Source of the DNA: Octopus sinensis | Lineage: Eukaryota | Direction: 5' to 3' | Length of the DNA stretch: 32,971 bases | NCBI RefSeq assembly: GCF_006345805.1 | Contig: NW_021832016.1 | Span: forward strand, 1-32,971 | In this document: in pieces, positions 1 to 10,656 of the stretch | How positions within the stretch are numbered: the first letter of the stretch is position 1 | Layout: each line of letters opens with the position of its first letter | Made by a program: the position numbers and the translations under genes | Notes under the pieces: model-generated | The model's input: the letters and a program-made list of their open reading frames with translations, nothing else | Told to the model about the DNA's origin: nothing | Database searches by the model: none

Positions 1-194
1 GTGATGACAGTATCAACGGTGGGTGGAAATGGAATATTTGCTGCTTGTATTATGTAAATGGAATATATTTTGGTGAAATACTGGGCAATATGGGAATCGT
101 GCGCACTCTTATATTCACCAAAAAGTAGTATGATGCTCAATATACATGTATAATATACATATTTATGGTGTGCGTTTATATGTAAGCATGTATG

Positions 195-352
195 TATATA
201 TACAACAAACTTCATTCAGTTTCTGTCTAACAAATCCACTCACAAGGTTGTAGTCGGCCCGTGGCTATAGAAGAAGACACATGCCCAAGGTGCCATATAG
301 TGAGACTGAACCCAGAAACATGCAGTTGATAAGCAAGCTTTTTACCTCACTG
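195..352 (-). mobile_element. tRNA-derived SINE, family A, 5' half only
   Basis: Matches the head block TTTCAGTTTC..CAAATCCACTCACAAGG...GACAC.TGCCCAAGGTGCCA seen in the copies at 2364-2852, 13421-13873 and 17159-17494. Confidence 0.8.
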
Positions 353-624
353 TGCCAATATATATATGCGTGTGTGTGTGTGTTATAATAATAATAATAT
401 AAATAATATTTATATATATATATGCATATGTATATATGTATATGTGTGTGTGAGTGCTTAATAGAGTACATGGGTATAGATATTTTATCATTTTTAATCG
501 GCAGAATTACGAAGTGACTCAAGGACTGAGACTTTAAATGCCATGCTTGAAAGTTCTCATCCCTGAATCACTTCCTCATTCTACCGAAAGTAAGGATTTT
601 GGTACAAGACTAGTAATTTTGCGG

Positions 625-795
625 GGAGGAATTAAGTCAATTGCATAAAGTCCACTATGACTTGTAATTTATTTTATTGACCCGAAGGGATGGGGGTAAA
701 GTTAACCCTGCATGATGTGATTTCATAACGTAAAAGGGTTGACAGAAATGCCGTTAAGCATTTTATTCGACTAGCTAACGATTCTGCCATCTCAA
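625..795 (-). mobile_element. SINE family B, degenerate copy
   Basis: Diverged match to the reverse complement of 832-1046 (TTGACCCGAAGGGATG...GCTAACGATTCTGCCATCTC). Confidence 0.65.
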
Positions 796-831
796 ACTGC
801 TAAACTCGGGTACTTTATTATATATGTCTCA

Positions 832-1046
832 AGGCAGTGAGCTGGCAGAAAACGTTAGCACGCCGGGCGAAATGCTTAGCAGTATTTCGCCCGTCGCTAC
901 GCTCTGAGTTCAAATTCCGCCGAGGTTGACTTTGCCTTTCATCCTTTCGGGGTCGATAAATTAAGTAACAGTTGCGTGTGCTGGGTCGATCTAATCGACT
1001 GGCCACCTCCCTAAAATTTCGGGTCTTGTGCCTAGAGTAGAAAAGA
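832..1046 (+). mobile_element. SINE family B, near full length
   Basis: GAGCTGGCAGAAAACGTTAGCACGCCGGGCGAAATGCTTAGC...GAGTTCAAATTCC (B-box-like)...GCCTTTCATCCTTTCGGGGTCGATAAATTAAGT. Same family as 4551-4969, 21721-21949 and 29333-29528. Confidence 0.9.
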
Positions 1047-1054
1047 TGACATTG

Positions 1055-1112
1055 ATCTCAAAGGATGGAAAGTAAAGTTGACCTTAGCGGAATTTGAACT
1101 CGGAGCGTAAAG
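1055..1112 (-). mobile_element. SINE family B fragment
   Basis: AAAGGATGGAAAGTAAAGTTGACCTTAGCGGAATTTGAACTC is the reverse complement of the family B core. Confidence 0.7.
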
Positions 1113-1127
1113 AGCTAGGAGAGTAAC

Positions 1128-1575
1128 AACAACAGCAACAACAACAACAGTTTCTTTATTAACCACAAGGGTTTACATTAAGAAAAACACTATGGACAGC
1201 ACAGGACAAGACAAAGAGATGTGTGTGTGTGTGTGTGTGTGTTTGTGAGGGTTTTGCGTGTAAACAAACTAACAGAATTTTTAAAAAATCAACAATGTGT
1301 GATCCTCAGTAGGGAGGAGACGTTCGAGGGCTGCTCATGGAAAAATTCGATGCTGCTCATGGAAAAACCATGGGTACTTTTGGGGCAGGTGCCTTTTTCC
1401 TTTCCTTTTCTTGTTTCAACTGCAGGCGTATGCCCGAGGCAGGCCTGTTCACCTGCACCATTCTCGCCACTTTCATCTGCCTTTCAGCAAATTGGCTAGA
1501 AGACAATGTTCCCTTCTCTAAACTTATTTTCCTTTTCAAATGAAACTCTTGAAGTTGATCAGGGATTGGCAAAAA
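1128..1575 (-). mobile_element. LINE 3' end, L1/Tx1-like ORF2 C-terminus plus 3' UTR and (TTG)n tail
   Basis: The minus frame gives FHLKRKISLEKGTLSSSQFAERQMKVARMVQVN, resembling Tx1-type ORF2 ends. It is followed by AATAAA and a (TTG)n tail. Clade assigned from recall only. Confidence 0.55.
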
Positions 1576-1694
1576 TAATTACGTATAGATATATCAAGGC
1601 AATGTATATGTGTGTATATATACACACACATATATACAATATAATACTGCATTATATTATATCTATATATATATATATAGTATGTGACCTCGTC

Positions 1695-1884
1695 TGTATA
1701 ACTAGCGATTTTTTCCCCTATCTTCCATTCTCGGGATCTTTCCTTCTCCTATGTTTCCGACGAAGAGCTCAGCTCGAAGCGTCCAAACCCCCCTTATTTC
1801 CTCTTTCTTGAGCATCCAATAATACTTTATTTGTTCCACGTCCTTGCGTTGTTGTTTTTTTGTTTTTGTTTTCTTGTTTGGATT
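1695..1884 (+). mobile_element. Solo PLE pseudo-LTR-like module ending in (TA)n
   Basis: Homologous to 25028-25165 (minus): GTTTCCGACGAAGAGCTC...CCAATAATACT...TTGTTCCACGTCCT.GCGTTGTTG...TTCTTGTT.GGATT-(TA)n. Carries a hammerhead-like motif. Confidence 0.7.
1753..1788 (+). ncRNA. Minimal type I hammerhead-like motif, variant core CCGACGA/GAAG
   Basis: GTTT-CCGACGA-A-GAGC-TCA-GCTC-GAAG-CG-TC-C-AAAC: stem I GTTT/AAAC, stem II GAGC/GCTC, CG stem III. Deviates from canonical at U4 and A15.1. Confidence 0.6.
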
Positions 1885-1894
1885 ATATATATAT

Positions 1895-1943
<49 letters not shown>

Positions 1944-2119
1944 ATGTATGGTATATACATACATACTACATACAAAATACATACATACATATCAGTTTGT
2001 GTGTCTGAGCACATGCTGATCTATATATATTCATTGTATAGGATATTTAAAAGTGGGGTAGAAAGAAATTATAAAAAGAAAGTAGCAAGAACGAGGTTAA
2101 AAACAATGTGAGAATGGCT

Positions 2120-2300
2120 GAGCGCGTAACAAACAAATTTGACACGGTTCCATAGTAGTATTAGTAGCAGCAGCAGCAGCAGCGGCATCTGCGACAGATT
2201 TGGGTCAACGGTTGACAGACACTTCATTATGTGGTAATGCAGAACGAGTGGTGCGTGCATTTGTCTATACGCGGGTGGTTGTAGAAATGTCAGACGTTGA
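2120..2300. repeat. Locally duplicated non-coding module, copy 1
   Basis: Shares GACAGACACTTCATTATGTGGTAA (24 bp identical), AACGAGTGGTGCGT and GTAGAAATGTCAGACG with 3586-3886. Confidence 0.8.
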
Positions 2301-2363
2301 GTGTGCGTACGCGTATGTGTAGGGAAGGAGGGAAGGGTGATGTATAGACTTGTCCCTCTAGTG

Positions 2364-2597
2364 TTTTTCTTGTTTTTCTTTTATTCTTTTATTTGTTTCA
2401 GTCATTTGACTGCGGCAATGCTGCAGCACCGCCTCTAGTCGGACAAATAGACCCCAGGACTTATTCTTTGTAAGCCTAGTACTTATTCTATCGCTCTCTT
2501 TTTTGCCGAACCGTTTAGTTACGTGGATGTAAGCCCACCAACATCGGTTGTCAAACGATGGTGGGGGACAAACACAGACACATAAGCATATACATAA

Positions 2598-2644
<47 letters not shown>

Positions 2645-2684
2645 TACATACATACATTCATACATACATACATACATACATACA

Positions 2685-2720
<36 letters not shown>

Positions 2721-2852
2721 TATTATACGACGGGTTTCTTTCAGTTTCTGTCTACCAAATCCACTCACAAAACTTTGGTCGGCTAGAGGTTATAGTACAA
2801 GACACTTGCTCAAGGTGCCACGCTACTTACACCACCCAGCCACTCTTGCGCT
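2364..2852 (-). mobile_element. SINE family A, near full length, with internal microsatellite
   Basis: 3' block (TTTGTTTCAGTCATTTGACTGCGG...GGGGACAAACACAGACAC), then (TA)n/(CATA)n, then head block (TTTCAGTTTCTGTCTACCAAATCCACTCAC...). Confidence 0.9.
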
Positions 2853-2869
2853 TGTTCATTCATTATATA

Positions 2870-2919
<50 letters not shown>

Positions 2920-2948
2920 AATACATACACACACACACCACACACACA

Positions 2949-2996
<48 letters not shown>

Positions 2997-3281
2997 GTAC
3001 CTTACTTACTGTGGTTAACCCAGGATCAACCCGGGACCTACAATATATATATATATATATACATATACACACATTAATGATAAATTAATAAGATCGGTGC
3101 AAAAGAGTTTTTGTAGGAGAGAAAGAAATAGATGTGAATAAAAAAAACTATGAAGGGCAATTAAGGGCCTAGAAAGTGTTGGTCTCGGTGTGTATGCGTG
3201 CGTGCACACGCGTGTGCTTCAATCTCTGTATGTGTATATATATATGTTTATGCGCGTGGTATATTTAAAATATGTGTACAT

Positions 3282-3314
<33 letters not shown>

Positions 3315-3416
3315 TATATTATATATATATATATATATAGATATATATATATATATATATGTATGTAGTATGTATGTATATATATATATATATATATAAA
3401 TACATACATACATATA

Positions 3417-3468
<52 letters not shown>

Positions 3469-3585
3469 TCGTGCATAAATACATGCATGCAGACAGACAG
3501 ACAAACAGACATACGCACTAACATAAATACACATGTATTCGTTGCACAGGGGAAAAGAAAGGTAAGTTGCGAGGGAAAAACGATA

Positions 3586-3886
3586 TGAACGCGTAACACA
3601 AATGATTTCACATGCGCTACACAGTAGTAGTAGTAGTAGTAGTAGAGTAGTAGTAGTAGTAGTAGTGGTGGTGGTGGTGGTGTGGTAGAGGTAATGGTGG
3701 TGGTAGTGGTTGCGGTGATAGTAGCAGGAGCAGGATTTGGCAGCGGCAGCAGTCGCAGCAACAGCACCAGCTTCAAAATTGGGTCAACTACAGACAGACA
3801 CTTCATTATGTGGTAACAACTCAACGAGTGGTGCGTTGCTTGGTCTTGTCGAGTGTACGCCGGCGGTAGTAGAAATGTCAGACGGG
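3586..3886. repeat. Locally duplicated non-coding module, copy 2, with expanded (GTA)n/(GTG)n/(GCA)n
   Basis: Same ordered blocks as 2120-2300. Confidence 0.8.
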
Positions 3887-4074
3887 TTGTGTGTATGTGT
3901 GTCTGTGTGCGGGTAGGTGCGCATGTGAAGCTTGTGTGTATTTTACCTCACCATGTTGTTGCGGCTGAAAAGTTGTGCGCGCCAATACATTTTTATGTCA
4001 ACGGGACTGTGTGACGATGCTTATGAGAAGATATATTATTGTGTATCAAGACGTATACACTGGCACCTGTTGAA

Positions 4075-4150
4075 TGTATGTATGTATGTATGTATGTATG
4101 TATGTATGTATGTATGTATGTATGTATGTATGTATGTATGTATGTATGTA
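4075..4150. repeat. (TATG)n microsatellite
   Basis: Direct reading. Confidence 0.95.
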
Positions 4151-4550
4151 TGGATGGATGGATGGATGAATGGATGGATGCATCTAGTTATGTATGTGTG
4201 TGCGTGTGTCTCATCTGTCTGCGCCGGTCTTTATGTTTGTAGCTGTAAAAACCGGCGATGTTTATTTCCGTGCCCGTTTATTTCTCTGTCCTATGGGTTA
4301 TCTGTTCGCTAATAGGGAGCGATAAATAAGATAAAGGCTGAACTCACCATCATTAAAACGGCGAATGTGTGCTCCAGCGTGACCGCAGTGCACAAAATTA
4401 TAGGAAAATACTAGTGTTATCCGAATATGACAGGCATCTTTGAAAGTATATTTTTGCTACCATAGCTAATATCAAGAAACATGGCAAACATGCCATAATT
4501 TTAATTTAGCTTTTATCAAATTTCTTGATAAAAGGATTCAGTTCCATACC

Positions 4551-4969
4551 TTTTTCTTTACTATCCAGAAGGGGCTAAACACAGAGAGGACAAACAAGGA
4601 CAGACAAACGGATTAAGTCGATTATATCGACCCCAGTGCGTAACTGGAACTTATTTAATCGACCCCGAAAGGATGAAAGGCAAAGTCGACCTCGGCGGAA
4701 TTTGAACTCAGAACGTAGCGGCAGACGAAATACCTATTTCTTTATTACCCACAAGGGGCTAAACACAGAGCGGACAAACAAGGACAGACATAGGTATTAA
4801 AGTCGATTACATCGACCCCAGTGCGTAACTGGTACTTATTTAATCGACCCCGAAAGGATGAAAGGCAAAGTCGACCTCGGCGGAATTTGAACTCAGAACG
4901 TAGCGGCAGACGAAATACCGCTAAGCATTTCGCCCGGCGCGCTAACGTTTCTGCCAGCTCGCCGTCTTT
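4551..4969 (-). mobile_element. Head-to-tail SINE family B dimer (full copy 4734-4969 plus 5'-truncated copy 4551-4733) flanked by an 11-bp direct repeat
   Basis: AGTTCCATACC at 4540-4550 and 4970-4980. Two family B bodies are joined at GAAATAC|CTATTTC. Confidence 0.9.
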
Positions 4970-5127
4970 AGTTCCATACCGTGGTATCTTGGTCAAGGTG
5001 TATATATATATATGCACAGAAGACACTCAAAATTACAATCCCACCTCACAGAAGCGTATTGACTGAGTGGTTAGTGTTGGATGAAACGTTTAATGGTAGC
5101 TCTTCAGGTTCTTTGCACTGGTGCTTC

Positions 5128-5215
5128 AAATCGTGCCAAGCTGAACTTCGCCATTTTTCCTTCCGGGTCCGACAAATAAAGTACCAATTTAGCGAGTTGG
5201 ACTCGCAGAATTGTT
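5128..5215 (+). mobile_element. SINE family B core fragment, degenerate
   Basis: GCTGAACTTCGCCATTTTTCCTTCCGGGTCCGACAAATAAAGTACCA resembles the family B core. Confidence 0.5.
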
Positions 5216-5564
5216 AGATCATACGTAACAGTAACTGTTATACTTTATGATCTAATGTGACACAAAAGTCAAGTTCTATTGGCCCGGGTGGTGTATGTTT
5301 GAAAGTTACTGAAGACACAGCTATTATATTGCTTCTGATTTATTTTTCTTGGTTTCTTGGAATTGCATTAAAATTGCTTTGTTTAGGCTGAATTATTTCA
5401 TACTTTTCATTGAACTATTTCCATCTCGAAGTTGATGTTATATACTGATTTTCATTTCTATACAAATCAACTTATTTAAAATTTGAAACCCTATCATTTT
5501 ATTTTGCAAATAGGTAAGACAATATAAAGAAATTAATTCTACTATCGATGAAAGGAAATGAAGT

Positions 5565-5623
<59 letters not shown>

Positions 5624-5645
5624 TGATGATGATGATGATGATGAT
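5565..5645. repeat. (AAT)n(GAT)n compound microsatellite
   Basis: Direct reading. Confidence 0.95.
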
Positions 5646-5785
5646 AGATTGAAACGGAAACCAATATATGATGTTATCTGTACGTAAATGTAAAAAGAAA
5701 AAGAAAAAGAAGCGACCGAAATCGAAGCCATGCTAATGGGAAACCATATAAACGAAAGGACAACACAGTATATGCTGTGTGTGTA

Positions 5786-5983
5786 GGTGCGTGGTTTAGT
5801 TGTTAAGATGCTTCATTGTGTTTTTGAGCAAAATACTTCATTTCACGCTTCTCCAAACTACTCAGACGGCTAAAATGAGTAATCCTGCGACAGACCGGCG
5901 TCCCGTCCAGCAGAGGATATGTGCGCTACAGATACTGGGAAACCGGGCTTATGAGTCCAGGGCTCGGGAAAGACATTCGTCTT
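5786..5983 (+). mobile_element. SINE family D, possibly V-domain-like core
   Basis: A-box-like GCGTGGTTTAGTTGTTAAG head. The central CCTGCGACAGACCGGCGTCCCGTCCAG resembles conserved SINE superfamily cores from recall. Ends in (TA)n. Confidence 0.6.
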
Positions 5984-5998
5984 CATATATATATATAT

Positions 5999-6167
5999 AC
6001 GAGAAAGAAGCAACAAGAATGGATTAGTTTTTAGTACAATTGTTTCATACAAAGACAGGCTTTATTAAAAGTTGCAAATATTGCAATATTTGCAACTTTT
6101 AATAAAGCCTGTCTTTGTATGAAACAATTGTACTAAAAACTAATCCATTCTTGTGCTTCTTTCTCGT
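5999..6167. repeat. Spacer-less palindrome: 142 bp perfect (6013-6154), 169 bp with one 1-nt bulge
   Basis: Arms checked base by base; centre between 6083 and 6084 (GCAAATATTG|CAATATTTGC). Confidence 0.97.
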
Positions 6168-7789
6168 TTATAATCACCCCACATTACGGTATGGTAACAC
6201 CATATAGTTTTCTGGTGCATCTAAGTTAAGTACCGCATTCAAGTAAATTCATTAGAATTGACTTGAATCTAAATGTTTATATTATATATATATATATTAT
6301 ATATATATATATCTATATATATATATATATATGCTATAGTATATATATATATATATAGATAGATATGTATGTATGTATATATATATATTATATATATAAA
6401 GGCACGAAATTGTATGATCTTTTGGACGTTAATTGAGGAGGAATAAGTCACGAATTTTCTGTTTGTTATGCTTTTGTAATATTTCCGTTGTTGTGTTTTG
6501 TTAAATTTTTGAAATACACACACACACACACATATATACGCTTGAACCAGTACTCAAAATCAAAGGGATTGTTATAACAGCTGGCACTTCAGATCTAGTT
6601 ATTCGATTTTCACGTTCCCGAGGATTAGACTGAATACGAAGTACTATATAGGTGGTCCGCTGTAGAAAATGTGTAGAAGAGTCTCTAGAATTTCTCTGAG
6701 TAGAAATAGTAGTTAACTAGTGGCAGCGGCAAGAGAGGAAAAGACGTTTTCTACACATCAATACATATTGAACAACGTACCTCCTACATTTGTATCCAGT
6801 CTGATGATCGAGAACCTGGAATTCGAGTAATTACATGTGAAGTGCCACCTCTTACAAGAATGTGTATACACACACATGTGCGTGTGTGTGCGCGCGTTTA
6901 TTTGCCCAAAAAAGGAAGAAGAACGTAATACAGAAGTAGAGTATAGTTATTTATTACACATATTGGTTTAACGCTTACTGAAATAGAAACTGGTGCGTAG
7001 CAAAAAATAGAGAAGTAATAAATATAAATAAGAAATATATAGGAAACAAAAAAAAGAACATTCATAAATGCACAAATGCATGTACATAATTAGATATGCA
7101 TTCATATGTTCGTGCATTCATATACATATAAACAGCGCACTCAAGCACACCAGAACATATACAAATATTCATATGACATAATTTTTCTATTGTAATCACG
7201 TATCGATTTATTCGCCTGCGTGTATACCTATACAAATATATATTTGTAAACCTGCAGGTTCGTTCGTTCATTCTTTTCCATGTGTAAATACCTATATGGA
7301 TGGATCCATGTAACTTCAACTCTCTGTCCTCTTGTTTACATATACGCATACTTAAACAAACGTAATCTTTTGCACATATACGTATAAACACCTAAGTTCT
7401 TACACGCGCACACACACACACGCAGGCACGCACGCACACGCAAATACGTGCCCATGCACATAAACAAATACATCCATACAAGCATAAATACATGTATGGG
7501 TACACAAATACACATATGTATGTTTGTATGTATGTATGTATGTATGTACTTATGTATGTACGCCTATTCGTATTAGTTCATATGTTTATATGTGTGTATG
7601 TAAATGTATTTACGCACTACACGTGCGTACACACACATATATGATGAAATAAAGAGGGAATGGGAGCGCGTTAGAGAACCAGAAATGTACAAATAGTTGC
7701 TTATAGATGAATATATACAAATGTATTTACAATCACACGTGTGTACACACATACGTACACATACACACATTTACACGCACAAAAGAATA

Positions 7790-8830
7790 AAATACAGTGA
7801 AAGTGGTGTTAGAGTAAAGTTTGTGAAGAGTACTTGAAAAGAGCATAGAGTATATTGACGTTTCGGGGCTCTGTCTTTCTTCAGAAAGTAAAAGGGATGA
7901 AGATAAAACATAGGGTGTGAGTGATAGGGGGCGAGAGAAAGAATAAGTTTGTGGAAAAATATTAACTATAGTTGGACTCAGGAGGAAGGTGAAAAGCCTG
8001 GGAGGAATGTTGTATGAGGTAAAGTCACGAAAGGAGGTGAGGGCGGTTGTCTAGGTGTATATTATCAGAGTGTGTGGTCGCTTGTCCGTAGGCATATAGG
8101 GCGATTATCTTTGTGAGTAAGAATGAATGGGGTCTGTGTATGTGTATAAATGTGTGTAAATTTGTAAATGTGATACGTTGGTTAGTATGCATGTGGGTTG
8201 ATGGTGGTGAATGTGTAACTGTTTAGTGTGAAAGGGTTTGTAAGAGTTTTTGACCATGCTTGTGTGTTTGTGCGACTAAATGATTCCAGACTTTTCCACA
8301 AGTCTGGAGAAGTAGAAAGCGTGTGCAAAGTAAACAGTTTTATTTGTGTATGTATGTGTAATCCTAAAGTATGTTATGAAGACTAAGAGCATGCTTGTGC
8401 ATAGGTGTGCGATAATAAAACAAAGAATGAAAGGGAAAGAAAGTTTAGTCGGAAAAGAGAAATGAAAAAAAAAATCGTGATGATAAAAGAAGAAGACAGT
8501 AAAAGTGTAGGTGCACATAGGTAAAAAAATAAAGGTGGAGAAGCTGGGGAAGACCGCAAGTGCCTAGAAAATGGCCGACGAATTTAAGAATGAAACAACA
8601 AAGAACAAAGTTATTCTTTGAGAGATTACGAGAAAGTGAAAGAAGCGGGCGAAGAATGTATGCATGGATGTGCGGGTACTTATAAATGGCTATAGGGTGG
8701 GCAATGGTCAAGTAGTCGAGTACAAAGGGGAAAAGTAGAAGTAAAACATATTTCGCCAATGAGTAAATCTGAATACACAGATTGTCAAACATATATATGT
8801 ACTTTTCAGGGAACACCATAATTGGTCCAG
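7790..8830 (-). mobile_element. Highly decayed PLE 3' portion (GIY-YIG remnant plus pseudo-LTR)
   Basis: The minus strand shows IYV*...LIGE (about 8750-8795) and RRPFSRHL (about 8555-8580), plus a hammerhead-like motif near the 3' end at 7854-7887. Many stops. Confidence 0.45.
7854..7887 (-). ncRNA. Decayed hammerhead-like motif
   Basis: TT-CTGAAGA-AAGACAGAGCCCC-GAAA-CG-TC-AA: core intact, but stem II does not pair and stem I is only 2 bp. Confidence 0.4.
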
Positions 8831-9111
8831 GTAAGGCATTTTAAATTAAAGATACTCAAATACTCAGGAAGTTACGAATTATTTGTTATAATACTACATA
8901 CGCGTGCAAATACACACACCACACACACATACGCACACGAATACACACACACACGTATACTCACACAAGCACACACACTTATAACATGCAGCTTCGCATA
9001 CACACACGTATCAACAAATATTTCGAACAAAAGAACATAATATCGCGAGTACGAAAGAAGCATATCAGCGGGAAAAAATGCATCGTACTTTATTACTGTA
9101 AATGCACAAAG

Positions 9112-9162
<51 letters not shown>

Positions 9163-9224
9163 TGCGTGTGCGTACGTGCATGCATATATGTGTTTTGTGT
9201 GTTCATTAAAGAAAATCATTAAAT

Positions 9225-9417
9225 GGCCACACCGAGGGATATCAAGCTCAGACCCTGAAGAGACTGCACCATTTTATAGTAGGGTTGTAATTGCAACGAT
9301 TACTAATCGGTGCAATTGAAACATGTGTTGGTCTTAAAAGATGGTATTTAATTACAAAATTAAAAGTAATGCTATTGCTACTTCAGAGTAATCCTTATTT
9401 TTAATATTGTCAATATA
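9225..9417 (+). mobile_element. Solo PLE pseudo-LTR-like module
   Basis: Short non-coding module with a hammerhead, then an AT-rich tail and a TA run. Same layout as the PLE 3' end at 22513-22650. Confidence 0.55.
9250..9334 (+). ncRNA. Type I hammerhead ribozyme with canonical core and a 38-nt loop II
   Basis: AGACC-CTGAAGA-GACTGCACC-[38 nt]-GGTGCAATT-GAAA-CATGTG-TT-GGTCT. Stem I has 5 perfect bp, stem II pairs 8 of 9 including a G-U, stem III is near-palindromic, and the predicted cleavage site follows U9329. Confidence 0.8.
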
Positions 9418-9419
9418 TA

Positions 9420-10656
9420 CAGGGGTTGGACAAAATAATTTTGAAATATCTATAAAAGCGTCAAAAGATAGTTTATTTTATATGATTTTTGATTTATTAT
9501 TAGTGCTGCTTAATATCTTTTGCTAAAATTGATGTTTCTTTTCAGATATCATCAGAAAAATGTAATTAAAATTCATTAAAATGACAGATCTATCGGACTT
9601 TCAAAGAGGTAAAATTGTTGGTAATCGTATGGCCGATGCTGGCATAATGAAAACAGCCAAAATGTTTGGTGTATCAAGTAGTACTGTCTCGAAAGTAATG
9701 ACAGCCTTTGAGAAAGAGGGAAAAACCTCCTCGACGAAATAAAACTCCGGAAGAAAACCAAAATTTTCAGATCGGGACCGTCGGACTCTTAAGCGAATCA
9801 TTAGAAAGGATCACAAAAGTTCAGCTCCCAAAATTTCTGCAGAGCTTAATGACCACTTCGAGAACCCTGTTTCCATAAAAACTGTTCATCGGGAGCTGAA
9901 CAAAGCCGGATTCCACGGGAGGGCTGCAATCAGAAAACCACTACTTTCCAAAACAAACTTTGCAAAGTGTTTAGAGCGGAGTAAAAACCTACATAATTGG
10001 TCCCTAGGGCAGTGGAAGAATGCTATTTTCTCGGACGAGTCATCCTTCACCTTATTTCCGACCGCCAGCCGAATATACGTGTGGAGACAGCCAAAAGAAG
10101 CATTTGACCCAAACTGCCTTCTTCCAACTGTTAAACACGGAGGAGGACATGTGATGATCGGGGGTGGGGGTGGGCTATATCTTGGAAATCTGCCGGCCCA
10201 ATGGTTTCCCTTCATGGCAGAATAAATAGTCAAAACTATTTCAGCATTTTATCTGATCAAATTCATCCTATGGCTACGGAACTGTTTCTGGAGAGAAACG
10301 CAATCTTTCGTGATAATAATGCACCAATTCACACAGCTAAACTTGTTACTGAATTGCATGAGGAACATTCTAGTGAAGTTGAACATCTTATCTGGCCACC
10401 ACAGTCCCCAGACCTCAATATTATTGAACATTTATGGTGCATTTTAGAAAAACAAGTAAGGAGTCGATATCCCCACCATCATCACTACAAGAACTGGAGA
10501 CAGTTTTAGCTGAAGAATGGACAAAAATTCAAACTTTGTACGAGTCCATACATCGTAGAATTCAAGCTGTAATTACTGCCAAAGGCGGTCCTACCCCATA
10601 TTAAAGTAAATGTGTTTGACATTTTAAGGTGTTTCCATTATTCTGTTCAACTCCTG
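9420..10656 (+). mobile_element. Complete Tc1/mariner DNA transposon, 1237 bp, DD36E (Incomer-type) spacing
   Basis: TA at 9418-9419 and 10657-10658. TIRs CAGGGGTTGGACAAAATAAT (9420-9439) and ATTATTCTGTTCAACTCCTG (10637-10656) match 17 of 20. Confidence 0.93.
9581..10604 (+). pseudogene. Tc1-family transposase pseudogene
   Basis: MTDLSDFQRG...GRKPK (HTH region), FSDES (D at 10034-10036), KHGGG, FRDNNAPIH, WPPQSPDLNIIE (E at 10426-10428), ending AKGGPTPY*. Premature TAA at 9740-9742, frameshifts near 10165 and 10480, and the second catalytic D changed to N (10315-10317). Confidence 0.92.

Noticed and set aside
2998-3045. Small island between TA tracts (possible further ribozyme module)
   Set aside because: No hammerhead core on either strand; probably a fragment of another repeat.
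4551-4969. CRISPR-like repeat-spacer appearance of the recurring family B blocks
   Set aside because: Eukaryotic context; the repeats are ~180-230 bp SINE bodies with no unique equal-length spacers and no cas genes.
6795-6840. CTGATGA followed by TCGA...TCGA (possible hammerhead)
   Set aside because: No GAAA at the required position and no stem I or stem III pairing.
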